Virus record (IMG/VR): IMGVR_UViG_3300022932_000014
Coordinates: 93,638-143,127 of that record
Length of the DNA: 49,490 bases
Strand: one strand, 5' to 3'
Source: a virus
Part shown: piece by piece, positions 8,914 to 17,112 of the stretch
Layout: the number at the start of each line of letters is the position of its first letter
Position numbering within the stretch: the stretch's first letter is position 1
The notes under the pieces: generated by a model
The model's input: the letters and a program-made list of their open reading frames with translations, nothing else
The model's database searches: none
What the model was told of the DNA's origin: nothing
Position numbers and translations under genes: made by a program

Positions 8914-10023
8914 ATGATTAGATCCTCGAAAGAAACCACGAAAGAAACTTTTAAAAATATCAAAGATGGTCAATCGGGAGTTTATAAACCGTTAAAGACT
9001 AGATTCGCACATTTAAATGATATATGTCACGGAGGATTAACTAAGCAAAAAATTTACTCACTTGGCGCATTATCAAGCTTCGGTAAAAGCCATGTACTCA
9101 GACAAATAGAGGCCGACATATTTGATGAGAAACTAAATCCAGGAGCAAAAGAAACAGTTGTTTTATGTAAAGTGGATTGGGAGATGAATAAAGAGGAAAT
9201 GGTTCTGGCCAGAGTTCATGAAAAAACTGGAAAACCATATGACTACTTAATGTTTGAGACTCCAGATGAAGAAACTAAAAAAGCTTTTAATGAAGTTTAT
9301 TTAGAATTAGAATCTGATCATATTTTTGAAACTTTTGACACTTATAAACCTGATAAATTTTATGAGGATGTTAGAGCTTTCACAGATCAACATCAGGATA
9401 AAAAACAAATTGTTTTAACTATTGATAATATAAATTTAGTGGACACTGAGAATTCAGATGAATCTAAAGCAATTGCTCGGTTAATTACTCACATTATTAA
9501 ATTAAAAAGAGAGGTCAAAAACTTAACTGTACTGATCCTTTGTCAATTAAATCGCGATCTCAAGGAAAGGCTTTTAAATCCAAAAGAACATTTTCCACGA
9601 ACAACCGATTTCTATTATAGTTCTAAAATAGAGCACGCTTCAGATGTACAGATAGTTTTACACAATCCTTTCTTACTTGGTATAGATGAGTATGGAGCAG
9701 TTAATACAGAACGATACGCTTATTTAGATAAATATTTGGTTCCTAAAAATAAGTACTCCTGTTTTAAAACGCAGGGATTAGTATTCTTCCATTATGTTAA
9801 AGTACGTCTTAAAAACGGATTGAAGGATTTTAGGGATTTATATATTGAAGAAGTGTATAAACCAGACGAAGCTAAAGATAACACACCGAAACCAAGTTTT
9901 TCTACAACTACATTACCATCATTCAATACTGTTGATTTCACTGTAGAGAAGCCGTTACCTCAGATTTCACTTAATGATGCTTTTGGAGTTTCTAATAAAG
10001 ATGATTCAAATTCTCCTTTTTAA
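8914..10023 (+). CDS. DnaB-like (SF4) replicative helicase
   Basis: Walker A GALSSFGKS, DWEM, Walker B LTIDNI, H3 motif LCQLNR, D-F-YYSSKIEHASD. Confidence 0.88.
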   Translation: MIRSSKETTKETFKNIKDGQSGVYKPLKTRFAHLNDICHGGLTKQKIYSLGALSSFGKSHVLRQIEADIFDEKLNPGAKETVVLCKVDWEMNKEEMVLARVHEKTGKPYDYLMFETPDEETKKAFNEVYLELESDHIFETFDTYKPDKFYEDVRAFTDQHQDKKQIVLTIDNINLVDTENSDESKAIARLITHIIKLKREVKNLTVLILCQLNRDLKERLLNPKEHFPRTTDFYYSSKIEHASDVQIVLHNPFLLGIDEYGAVNTERYAYLDKYLVPKNKYSCFKTQGLVFFHYVKVRLKNGLKDFRDLYIEEVYKPDEAKDNTPKPSFSTTTLPSFNTVDFTVEKPLPQISLNDAFGVSNKDDSNSPF

Positions 10024-10060
10024 ACTTTTTTCGCGCGAAAACAAACTAAAAAATAAAACT

Positions 10061-10291
10061 ATGAAAAAATTACTATTACTAATAACACTACTTTCAGTAC
10101 TATCTTGTAAAAAAGCAGTTACACTCGAAGAAAGTAAGATTGACATTCAAAAAGAAAAAGTAATCAGGATCAATGGCAGGGAATGGTATTTGACAACTGC
10201 CTCTGATGGACATGAGTATATTGATAATTCAGGTTATCATGATTATATGTGCATGCATTATGTAGACTGTAAAAAATGTGCTAAAAATTAA
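10061..10291 (+). CDS. putative lipoprotein
   Basis: start re-set to ATG 10061: MKKLLLLITLLSVLSC lipobox; C-terminal HxxxCxxC. Confidence 0.7.
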   Translation: MKKLLLLITLLSVLSCKKAVTLEESKIDIQKEKVIRINGREWYLTTASDGHEYIDNSGYHDYMCMHYVDCKKCAKN

Positions 10292-10316
10292 ATACAGACA
10301 ATTAAAATAAAACATT

Positions 10317-10517
10317 ATGTACACACTAACAAACGAAGAACTAGAGCAGTTTCTAATAGAAACAGATTCCTTTTATGATTGCCCAGATGAAGATTCTAAA
10401 CAAAGAATGAGGGATTCATATAGAAAGGTAGAAGCAGAAAGTAATCAGCAGATAGTTGAAGCTGGAGGTTTTACAAAATGGTATGAGAGTGGGAGAGGTA
10501 GATTATTAAGTATCTAA
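10317..10517 (+). CDS. hypothetical protein
   Basis: ORF. Confidence 0.65.
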   Translation: MYTLTNEELEQFLIETDSFYDCPDEDSKQRMRDSYRKVEAESNQQIVEAGGFTKWYESGRGRLLSI

Positions 10518-10527
10518 GATTAAAACT

Positions 10528-10680
10528 ATGAGTCCAGAAGATAAAAAAGCTATGTTAGCAAGAAAAACAACTTTCATTAAAAATATGCCTAGATATACTT
10601 CTTGTAAATCAGCATATAAGAAAGGGTTTCAAGATGCATTAGAATATTATAGTAACAAAGTAAATGATAATGTAAAATGA
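10528..10680 (+). CDS. hypothetical protein (50 aa)
   Basis: read by hand: MSPEDKKAML...; ATGA overlap with next ORF. Confidence 0.5.
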   Translation: MSPEDKKAMLARKTTFIKNMPRYTSCKSAYKKGFQDALEYYSNKVNDNVK

Positions 10681-10847
10681 AATACATACAACTAAAAACA
10701 AAAGAACAGTTTAAAGAAACAATGACTCAGTATAACAGTAAATGGAAGTTATATATGTGGGATTATTTTAAAGAGAATACATGTTATATTCCAGATGAAA
10801 ATTGTTTTATAAGTTTAGATAAAGCTATTCCACTTTTCGGGAATTAA
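10677..10847 (+). CDS. hypothetical protein (56 aa)
   Basis: read by hand: MKYIQLKTKEQF...WDYFKENTCY. Confidence 0.55.
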   Translation: MKYIQLKTKEQFKETMTQYNSKWKLYMWDYFKENTCYIPDENCFISLDKAIPLFGN

Positions 10848-10928
10848 ATTGATTATTACATATTTTTAGTTTAACTGTGTTTTTATTTCTTTTCCGCCGA
10901 AATTAAGGCTTACTCTAAAATTAAGTTG

Positions 10929-10960
10929 TTTGGTGAATGGGTATTATTTTTGTATATTTA
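10929..10960 (+). promoter_or_regulatory. promoter driving non-coding region
   Basis: TTTG 10929-10932, 20-nt spacer, TATATTTA 10953-10960 (variant -7 box). Confidence 0.6.
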
Positions 10961-10984
10961 CAGCTTTAAAATACGAAATACGCA

Positions 10985-11106
10985 GATTTTATCCTTCACC
11001 TCTAAAATCGTCTAAAATAATAAGATAATCTCTTAGCAATAAAGACTAATAGAATGAGAAGTGTGAAGGCTCCTTATCTATTAGTCTTTTGCGTTAGGAG
11101 ATTTTT
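10985..11106 (+). promoter_or_regulatory. two-hairpin kissing-loop leader (copy 1)
   Basis: hairpin 1 GATTTTA/TAAAATC with loop CCTTCAC 10993-10999; hairpin 2 with 13-bp perfect stem 11041-11053/11077-11089 and loop GTGAAGG 11063-11069; T tract. Confidence 0.65.
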
Positions 11107-11118
11107 GTATTTTTAAAT

Positions 11119-11425
11119 AGGCGGTACAGAAGTGTATCACATCCTAGAGAGCGAAAGTTAGTATAGGATCAGAAGTCGGGTTGTAATTCTCAAATAGAGA
11201 ATGAGTTGTCCCCGATAGCCGAAAAAATTGCTTATATATAAGTTAGTGGGTACATTTAGACAAGATACGATGAAATGGGTAAATCTTGCAGTACGTTAGG
11301 TGAACGAGGAAATAATACACCCTCAACGAACGGCACTTAGCTAAAGTTATAAGTTAAAATCGCCACTAAGTGATTGGATGGTCAAGGGACGTAAAAGTTC
11401 TTAAAGGGGATTCTTATGCTCGAAA
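11119..11425 (+). ncRNA. candidate structured non-coding RNA of unknown class
   Basis: no ORF in track; about 38% GC by hand count of 11161-11400; at least 8 helices including a GAAA tetraloop and multiple G-U pairs. Confidence 0.55.
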
Positions 11426-11680
11426 ATTACTTTATTAATTGTATTATTATTTACTTCTTGTGCTTTACTTTTTTGGCGGAATAATTAAAATAACTGTTTT
11501 TGACATTCTTTACCTACAGAGTTTCCGCCGCTATAATTAATAGCACATATTTATTTAACAGTTTTGCCAATCTTCGCGCGTAAAAGAGTAAAGAACAGTT
11601 GAAAAAAGAAACGGAAGTTAATATAAAGTCACTGTTAGAAGCCCTAATTATACCCAATTTAAAAATAATTTCAAATTTAA

Positions 11681-11711
11681 TTAGGATATATAAAAATAAT
11701 GATTACATTTG
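11681..11711 (+). promoter_or_regulatory. promoter
   Basis: TACATTTG 11704-11711; degenerate -33 (TTAG). Confidence 0.55.
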
Positions 11712-11731
11712 TAAAATAAAATAATAAAAAT

Positions 11732-12106
11732 ATGAAAGAAAGATTAATAAATTTTAAAACAGCAAAATTAGCTGATAAGAAAGGTTCTGGTAAAATTCAC
11801 TTTATATCTCACGATAATTTTTCGTTTATTAGAGGTGAAAAAGAATATAAAAGGCCATCTCAATCCTTGCTTCAAAAATGGCTCAGAGATGAATTTAATA
11901 TTATAGTTGAGGCTATCTCTCATTACGACTCCACACAATTACCCCTTTCAAAAACAAATATAGTAAAACCTATTGGATGGTTTGCTTGGAATTATTATGA
12001 TAATAATTTTTCACCAGAACAAGCACCTAAGTTCAGTACTTATGAAAAAGCACTGGAGTTCGGATTACAAGAAGGATTGAAATTAATTCAGACAAAAGAA
12101 AATTAA
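11732..12106 (+). CDS. hypothetical protein, paralog family A
   Basis: TAKLA..KG, QSLLQKWLRD, YEKALEFGL motifs shared with 12593 and 15200 ORFs. Confidence 0.8.
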   Translation: MKERLINFKTAKLADKKGSGKIHFISHDNFSFIRGEKEYKRPSQSLLQKWLRDEFNIIVEAISHYDSTQLPLSKTNIVKPIGWFAWNYYDNNFSPEQAPKFSTYEKALEFGLQEGLKLIQTKEN

Positions 12107-12116
12107 AACATCGATT

Positions 12117-12287
12117 ATGAAAAATAAAATAATAACATATAAACAAAAAGGGAAAACAATCTGTGGTCAATATTTAGCTCAAATTGATATTGGCGAAGAC
12201 TCTCAAATTATTATTGTATCCAATAAATTAAAGGACAGAAACATTCTTTTCACTGAGATTAAAAATACTGTTAAGAAACTAATCTAA
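12117..12287 (+). CDS. hypothetical protein (56 aa)
   Basis: read by hand: MKNKIITYKQKGKTICG... Confidence 0.5.
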   Translation: MKNKIITYKQKGKTICGQYLAQIDIGEDSQIIIVSNKLKDRNILFTEIKNTVKKLI

Positions 12288-12334
12288 TTTGCCGCAAAAA
12301 AGATTAAAACAGTAGAAAATAATCAACAAAAAGC

Positions 12335-12365
12335 TTGTAGGAATCAAAAGTAATACTTAGATTTG
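12335..12365 (+). promoter_or_regulatory. promoter
   Basis: TTG 12335-12337, 20-nt spacer, TAGATTTG 12358-12365. Confidence 0.75.
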
Positions 12366-12383
12366 CTGAAATAAAACTAATAA

Positions 12384-12596
12384 ATGGAAACAATAGAAGA
12401 AAAACTCAGAATCTATTGGGAGCGCCGAAAAAACTGTGAAAAAGGAAAACATAAATTAAAAGACAACAGTTTCGGTATTACTTGGTGTGTGACTTGCGGA
12501 TATTTATCTAATAAACCTGCTCCCATAACAGCATTTAAAAACAGTAATCTATTACAACCTGAGGATCAATTAATTTGGCCAAATAAAATAATATGA
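12384..12596 (+). CDS. hypothetical protein, possible Zn ribbon
   Basis: C....H and CxxC. Confidence 0.7.
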   Translation: METIEEKLRIYWERRKNCEKGKHKLKDNSFGITWCVTCGYLSNKPAPITAFKNSNLLQPEDQLIWPNKII

Positions 12597-12928
12597 AAGA
12601 AATTTGTAAACTAGCGCACGAAAAAGGATTTAAAGCAAAAGCATTAAGTACTGATTGGACTCTTAAAGATTATAATGGTAAAAACTCTGGTTTTAAGATA
12701 AGTGACACATGTGATTATCTATTACTTTGTGAGATTCAGAAGTGGATAGCAGATGAGTTTGAAATTTATATTCAAGTTTTCTATCATAAAAGTAGTAAAT
12801 TCGAAGTAATGGTAGTTAATTCTTCTGATAATGTGATAAGTACAGAGTTATTTGGAGAAATGTTTATCAGTTATGAAGAAGCTTTAATGGCGGGGATAAA
12901 ACAAACATTAGAAAATGACACAAAATAA
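12593..12928 (+). CDS. hypothetical protein, paralog family A
   Basis: CKLAHEKGF, IQKWIAD, YEEALMAGI. Confidence 0.75.
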   Translation: MKEICKLAHEKGFKAKALSTDWTLKDYNGKNSGFKISDTCDYLLLCEIQKWIADEFEIYIQVFYHKSSKFEVMVVNSSDNVISTELFGEMFISYEEALMAGIKQTLENDTK

Positions 12929-12993
12929 CACTTTCTTACAAGACTCCAAAGAACACGAAGCAAACTTCAATATAAACAAAAATATTTATTGCA

Positions 12994-13173
12994 ATGAAAT
13001 ACGAACTACAAGATAGATATCCAGGATGTCCAGATTATTTCAAAAAAGGAACAGTTTTAATTAGGTACTCACCTATTTTTGGATTTAGTTATTATTCCGA
13101 TATTTATGATAATTTTAGAATCGCCTCGAAAATAGTAGAAAACGAGCCACTTTGGTTTAAAAATTTAGAATAA
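12994..13173 (+). CDS. hypothetical protein (59 aa)
   Basis: read by hand: MKYELQDRYPG...VENEPLWF. Confidence 0.55.
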   Translation: MKYELQDRYPGCPDYFKKGTVLIRYSPIFGFSYYSDIYDNFRIASKIVENEPLWFKNLE

Positions 13174-13174
13174 T

Positions 13175-13420
13175 ATGGATACAGGAGCATATATGCAAAA
13201 CCAAATGGATAATCAAATCGAGGCAGGAATAAGAATGAAAGATGCTTTTGATGAGTGGATTTTTGAAGCTTGTAATTATAAAGCGATCAACAGTAGAAAA
13301 GATGTACACGACTTATTTCCAATAGTAGATTTAACAGATGCTAAACTATCATTTTTAGATGGTATGTCGGCGGAAGAATATTCAAAAACAAATTTAAAAT
13401 TATGCCAAGAACAGACATAG
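13175..13420 (+). CDS. hypothetical protein
   Basis: ORF. Confidence 0.7.
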   Translation: MDTGAYMQNQMDNQIEAGIRMKDAFDEWIFEACNYKAINSRKDVHDLFPIVDLTDAKLSFLDGMSAEEYSKTNLKLCQEQT

Positions 13421-13971
13421 ATTTCAGCAAACATATTTTATATGAAACACACTACACTAATCCTATCACAGGACATAATCTAGATGTGTGGGAATTAAAA
13501 GTACCAAATACAATGTGGTATAGAGTTATTTTCATTAATTCTTGCGGTGTTTTAACAATTGATGGCGATTATGGCCGTTTTAGTTTTTCTAGAGAATTTC
13601 ATCCATCGAAGGAAGGTCGGGTAAGTGATGGGTATTGGCTAGAAAAGATGAGAAGAGATAATTCTTTAACTTATGATGAATATGATTCAGAGGCCACGGA
13701 AAAAGAAATACAAGAATTAATTGATACAGGACTCCAAGAATATGGTTATGAAGGAGAGGATTTAAAAAAGTTAAAAAGGCAGTTAACCGATTTATTAGAT
13801 TATGTTGACGATAAAATAGCATATCAGTATCATGCTTTTAGAGGAGACATAGATTGAGAATATGAAATGATTCCTTATTGTAAACAACAAAATATTCAAT
13901 TAGACATTTGTTTTGATGCATTTGATTGGATTTGCCAAAAAATGAAAGAAGATGAAAACAAAACTGCTTAG
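13402..13971 (+). pseudogene. hypothetical protein interrupted by in-frame TGA at 13855-13857
   Basis: frame stays open for 37 more codons (EYEMIPYCKQQNIQLDICFDAFDWICQKMKEDENKTA), fills the gap and overlaps the next start. Confidence 0.6.
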
Positions 13972-14266
13972 AAAAATACGTAAAAGATACGAGATAAATT
14001 ACTATCCTAATGGTTATGATTTTGGAAGTGGGTATGATACTAATACAGAATGTGTAGCATTAATAGATACAGGATTTTGGACTTTTAAAGCGAGTCCTAT
14101 TATACACAGAGTATTTCTTGTTGGAGGAACCAGTAAAGAATATGGTTTTAAAGAATGTTTAAACCAATTAAATAATATCATAATAAATAAATATGACTAC
14201 TATGGAACTCGCCGCAATAAAAAACTAGAAAAGAAAGAGGAAAAGCTATGGCACGTTATAAAGTAA
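13952..14266 (+). CDS. hypothetical protein
   Basis: ORF (MKTKLLRKIRKRY). Confidence 0.75.
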   Translation: MKTKLLRKIRKRYEINYYPNGYDFGSGYDTNTECVALIDTGFWTFKASPIIHRVFLVGGTSKEYGFKECLNQLNNIIINKYDYYGTRRNKKLEKKEEKLWHVIK

Positions 14267-14436
14267 CAACAGAACTAAAAACACCTCTCTGGAAGAAACT
14301 GCTTAGATGGATGAGGATGTATCCTAAAATGGAAACTTTTGAACTTATATTTCATGATGCTTGGGTAGATTCATTTACTAAAAATCATATATTAGTGTCA
14401 AATGGCGCGGAAATAAAAATAATAAAGAAATTATAA
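14248..14436 (+). CDS. hypothetical protein
   Basis: overlapping operon ORF. Confidence 0.65.
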   Translation: MARYKVTTELKTPLWKKLLRWMRMYPKMETFELIFHDAWVDSFTKNHILVSNGAEIKIIKKL

Positions 14437-14885
14437 TGGAAAACAAAATACTAGAATTCGTAAGAGAGTTTAACGCAGGATTAGAAAACAGTAATGAGTA
14501 TAACAGCCTCCAATATCAAAATGATGGATATCAAGAAGGAATTCTGTTACCACACATTTATGCTTGGAATGATGACGAGGGAGAAGAGCATTTTAGACAA
14601 AAAGCTTTGAGTAGTTTAGTTCGTCAGTTAGATTTGTTACAAAGTGTTGCAAAAGAACTGTTAGAAGTTGAGATTACTGAGTTTTTCGCGGAAAAGAAAA
14701 AACTAATGAAAGAGAAATTTCCACAAGCAAATCTAAAATATTTTAAAGAAGCTACATTAGAATACAGTATATTAATATCTGGACTATACAATGTAGAATT
14801 AATAGAACAATTCGGTGAAACTGTAGAAGAAGATTTTCAATACCTTTTTGAAGGTTTAAAAATTTCAGACATATCTTATATTTAG
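14436..14885 (+). CDS. hypothetical protein
   Basis: TAATG overlap. Confidence 0.75.
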   Translation: MENKILEFVREFNAGLENSNEYNSLQYQNDGYQEGILLPHIYAWNDDEGEEHFRQKALSSLVRQLDLLQSVAKELLEVEITEFFAEKKKLMKEKFPQANLKYFKEATLEYSILISGLYNVELIEQFGETVEEDFQYLFEGLKISDISYI

Positions 14886-14888
14886 TTT

Positions 14889-15026
14889 ATGAAAGAATGG
14901 TGGCAAACAGTAAATAAAGAAGATCCATATTTATGCAAACTTTACAGTAATATGTTTGGTACAGCAGAACAAAGAATCGCACAATTGTATATAATTAGGA
15001 AAGGATTTAATTTTGAAAAGAAATAA
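14889..15026 (+). CDS. hypothetical protein (45 aa)
   Basis: read by hand: MKEWWQTVNK... Confidence 0.5.
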   Translation: MKEWWQTVNKEDPYLCKLYSNMFGTAEQRIAQLYIIRKGFNFEKK

Positions 15027-15027
15027 T

Positions 15028-15171
15028 ATGAAAGACTCACAAATACAATTACTTATATTAGCAATAATAGGAATATCTTTTCTAATATTTGGTATCGACG
15101 CTATAATAGTCTCAGGTATTATATTAATTGTAATTCAAGTATTAGCTTGGCTTGTAGATGCTTTTATGTAA
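15028..15171 (+). CDS. small membrane protein (47 aa)
   Basis: read by hand: two hydrophobic segments. Confidence 0.55.
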   Translation: MKDSQIQLLILAIIGISFLIFGIDAIIVSGIILIVIQVLAWLVDAFM

Positions 15172-15199
15172 TTCGGCGAAATAAAAACTAAAAACAGAG

Positions 15200-15658
15200 A
15201 TGAAAGAACAACACATATCCTACGAAACAGCAAAACTATGTAAAGAATTAGGTATAGACTTACCTCACACTCATTACTATATTTATCCATTTAGACCAGC
15301 ATTCAAAGCTGATGGAGAATTAAAGAAAAATGCAGTTCCTGACGATTACCATGACACAATGCTTCAGGTAGTAAGGACAAGGAAAAATCAACCTCAAATT
15401 GCTCCTGCTTATACTCAAAGTTTATTGAAAAAATGGCTGAGAGAAACACATAATATTGGAGTTGAATCATATCACGATTATGATCCTAAAGATAAAGGAT
15501 CTCAATTTTATACAAGTTGGGGATATTACAATGAAAAGACAATCAATGGAACTAGAAATGTAAATGGTTGGTATGATGAGTATAATAACTGGAAGAAATA
15601 TGAAGATGCTTTGGAGTTCGGTTTGATTGAAGCTTTGAAAATGGTAAAAATTAAATAA
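15200..15658 (+). CDS. hypothetical protein, paralog family A
   Basis: SYETAKLCKELG, TQSLLKKWLRE, YEDALEFGL. Confidence 0.8.
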   Translation: MKEQHISYETAKLCKELGIDLPHTHYYIYPFRPAFKADGELKKNAVPDDYHDTMLQVVRTRKNQPQIAPAYTQSLLKKWLRETHNIGVESYHDYDPKDKGSQFYTSWGYYNEKTINGTRNVNGWYDEYNNWKKYEDALEFGLIEALKMVKIK

Positions 15659-15663
15659 AAAAT

Positions 15664-15981
15664 ATGTATTCTAGAATTTATGATAAAGAAACAGGGTATC
15701 AAGTAAGATTTTATAACAAACATACAAAAGAAAACATTTGGAAATTTTGCAAAGATAAAAAAGAAGCTCTTAAAAAAGCAAATGAAATAGATATTGAGTA
15801 TCATAAGACTTATAAGAATGAGTTACCAAAAGGTATAACTATGGATATTTCAAATAATAGGTTTAGATTTCATATATGGAATAGTCCAGACCAGCAAAAT
15901 CATATAATATCTAGCAAATCATTATCTAAAGTAATTGATTCAAGAAATTACATACTTATTAACACTTATGGAACTATTTAG
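15664..15981 (+). CDS. putative stand-alone AP2-like DNA-binding protein
   Basis: two beta-beta-beta-helix-like repeats; LPKGI...RFRFHI resembles LPLGI...YMVRI of the AP2 domain in the 37356-38111 endonuclease. Confidence 0.45.
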   Translation: MYSRIYDKETGYQVRFYNKHTKENIWKFCKDKKEALKKANEIDIEYHKTYKNELPKGITMDISNNRFRFHIWNSPDQQNHIISSKSLSKVIDSRNYILINTYGTI

Positions 15982-16281
15982 ATGAAAGATTTAGAAGAGT
16001 GGGCAAGCGAAGAACTAAGGCAATCCGCCGCGAAAAAAGAATTAGACAAAGATTTTGTAAATTTAATGATCCTAGGAATACCAACAGCTTATAAATTTGA
16101 TAAAGATGGAAATATGAGTAAGATAGAAGTCTTTGAATTTAGAGATAATTCAACACGAATGTTTGAAGTAACCATTGGTGATTTTAGTGTTAAACGTAAT
16201 CCAGACGAAACAGAAGAACAGTTTAAAACAAGATTGCAAATAGAGTTGGACAATAACGGATTTGATGTAGAAGTGGTTTAA
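15982..16281 (+). CDS. hypothetical protein
   Basis: ORF. Confidence 0.7.
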   Translation: MKDLEEWASEELRQSAAKKELDKDFVNLMILGIPTAYKFDKDGNMSKIEVFEFRDNSTRMFEVTIGDFSVKRNPDETEEQFKTRLQIELDNNGFDVEVV

Positions 16282-16306
16282 ATCGGCGGATAAAAAATGA
16301 GAACAA

Positions 16307-16576
16307 ATGAGTAAATTCGACGAAAGAACGGTAATAGTGCTTGACAATAGTAATTACATATCAAGCTACGCAGAAAAATGTCCATTTAAAGCCATCGTAA
16401 CAGATGTTTATGAAAATGAAATACAAGTTAAATCTGTAGAGACAGATAAAGAATACGAGCTCTATTATAGTCAGATTTTGGAAACTATGGAAATAGATGA
16501 AATTAAATTTATGCTTAGTGGAGGAGAGTATGGTATGTGGGAATATGAGAGAACAAAATCGCCGCAAAAAAGATGA
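16307..16576 (+). CDS. hypothetical protein
   Basis: ORF. Confidence 0.7.
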   Translation: MSKFDERTVIVLDNSNYISSYAEKCPFKAIVTDVYENEIQVKSVETDKEYELYYSQILETMEIDEIKFMLSGGEYGMWEYERTKSPQKR

Positions 16577-16803
16577 TAACAGAAGAAAAAATTTACAAAG
16601 AACTCTCAGAAATAAGAGGAAGAATAATAGTAGGCCTAATGCATAAAGCTTACTTAGCAACAGAATACCAAAAAGAAAAACCAGAAGATCTACATCAAAC
16701 AGTTTCTTATATTTCTGACAAAACTAAATGGGATTATTGCGGAATAAGTTCTAAAGAAGATTTGATTAAATTGGAGCTATTAGAGAAATTAATTAAACAG
16801 TGA
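16573..16803 (+). CDS. hypothetical protein
   Basis: ATGA overlap. Confidence 0.7.
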   Translation: MITEEKIYKELSEIRGRIIVGLMHKAYLATEYQKEKPEDLHQTVSYISDKTKWDYCGISSKEDLIKLELLEKLIKQ

Positions 16804-16804
16804 T

Positions 16805-17050
16805 ATGAAAGAATTGGAAAACAGTTTAATAAACTTCTTAACATCATTAGGAGTTAAACCAAGTGTAAAGAAGAAGAAAATAGTAAGACAACCTTCTGAA
16901 ATGGAGTTAATGATTGATCTTAAAAATAATGAACTAATCATTGATGAATATTTACAAGGATTTTCTACAGAAGAAATTTGTTTAAAGAATAATATTTCGT
17001 TTAAAAATGTAGATAAAATTATTGATTGTTATAATTATTTGTATAATTGA
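16805..17050 (+). CDS. hypothetical protein with possible C-terminal HTH
   Basis: YLQGFSTEEICLKNNISFKNVDKII. Confidence 0.6.
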   Translation: MKELENSLINFLTSLGVKPSVKKKKIVRQPSEMELMIDLKNNELIIDEYLQGFSTEEICLKNNISFKNVDKIIDCYNYLYN

Positions 17051-17112
17051 TGTGAATTTCGCGGGAAAAAGAGTAATCAAAGAACGAAAGTTCAAGACAG
17101 AAAAATTAGATT

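Noticed and set aside
10850-11730. CRISPR or other tandem guide-RNA array
   Set aside because: No regularly spaced direct repeats; the structure is made of non-repeating inverted repeats.
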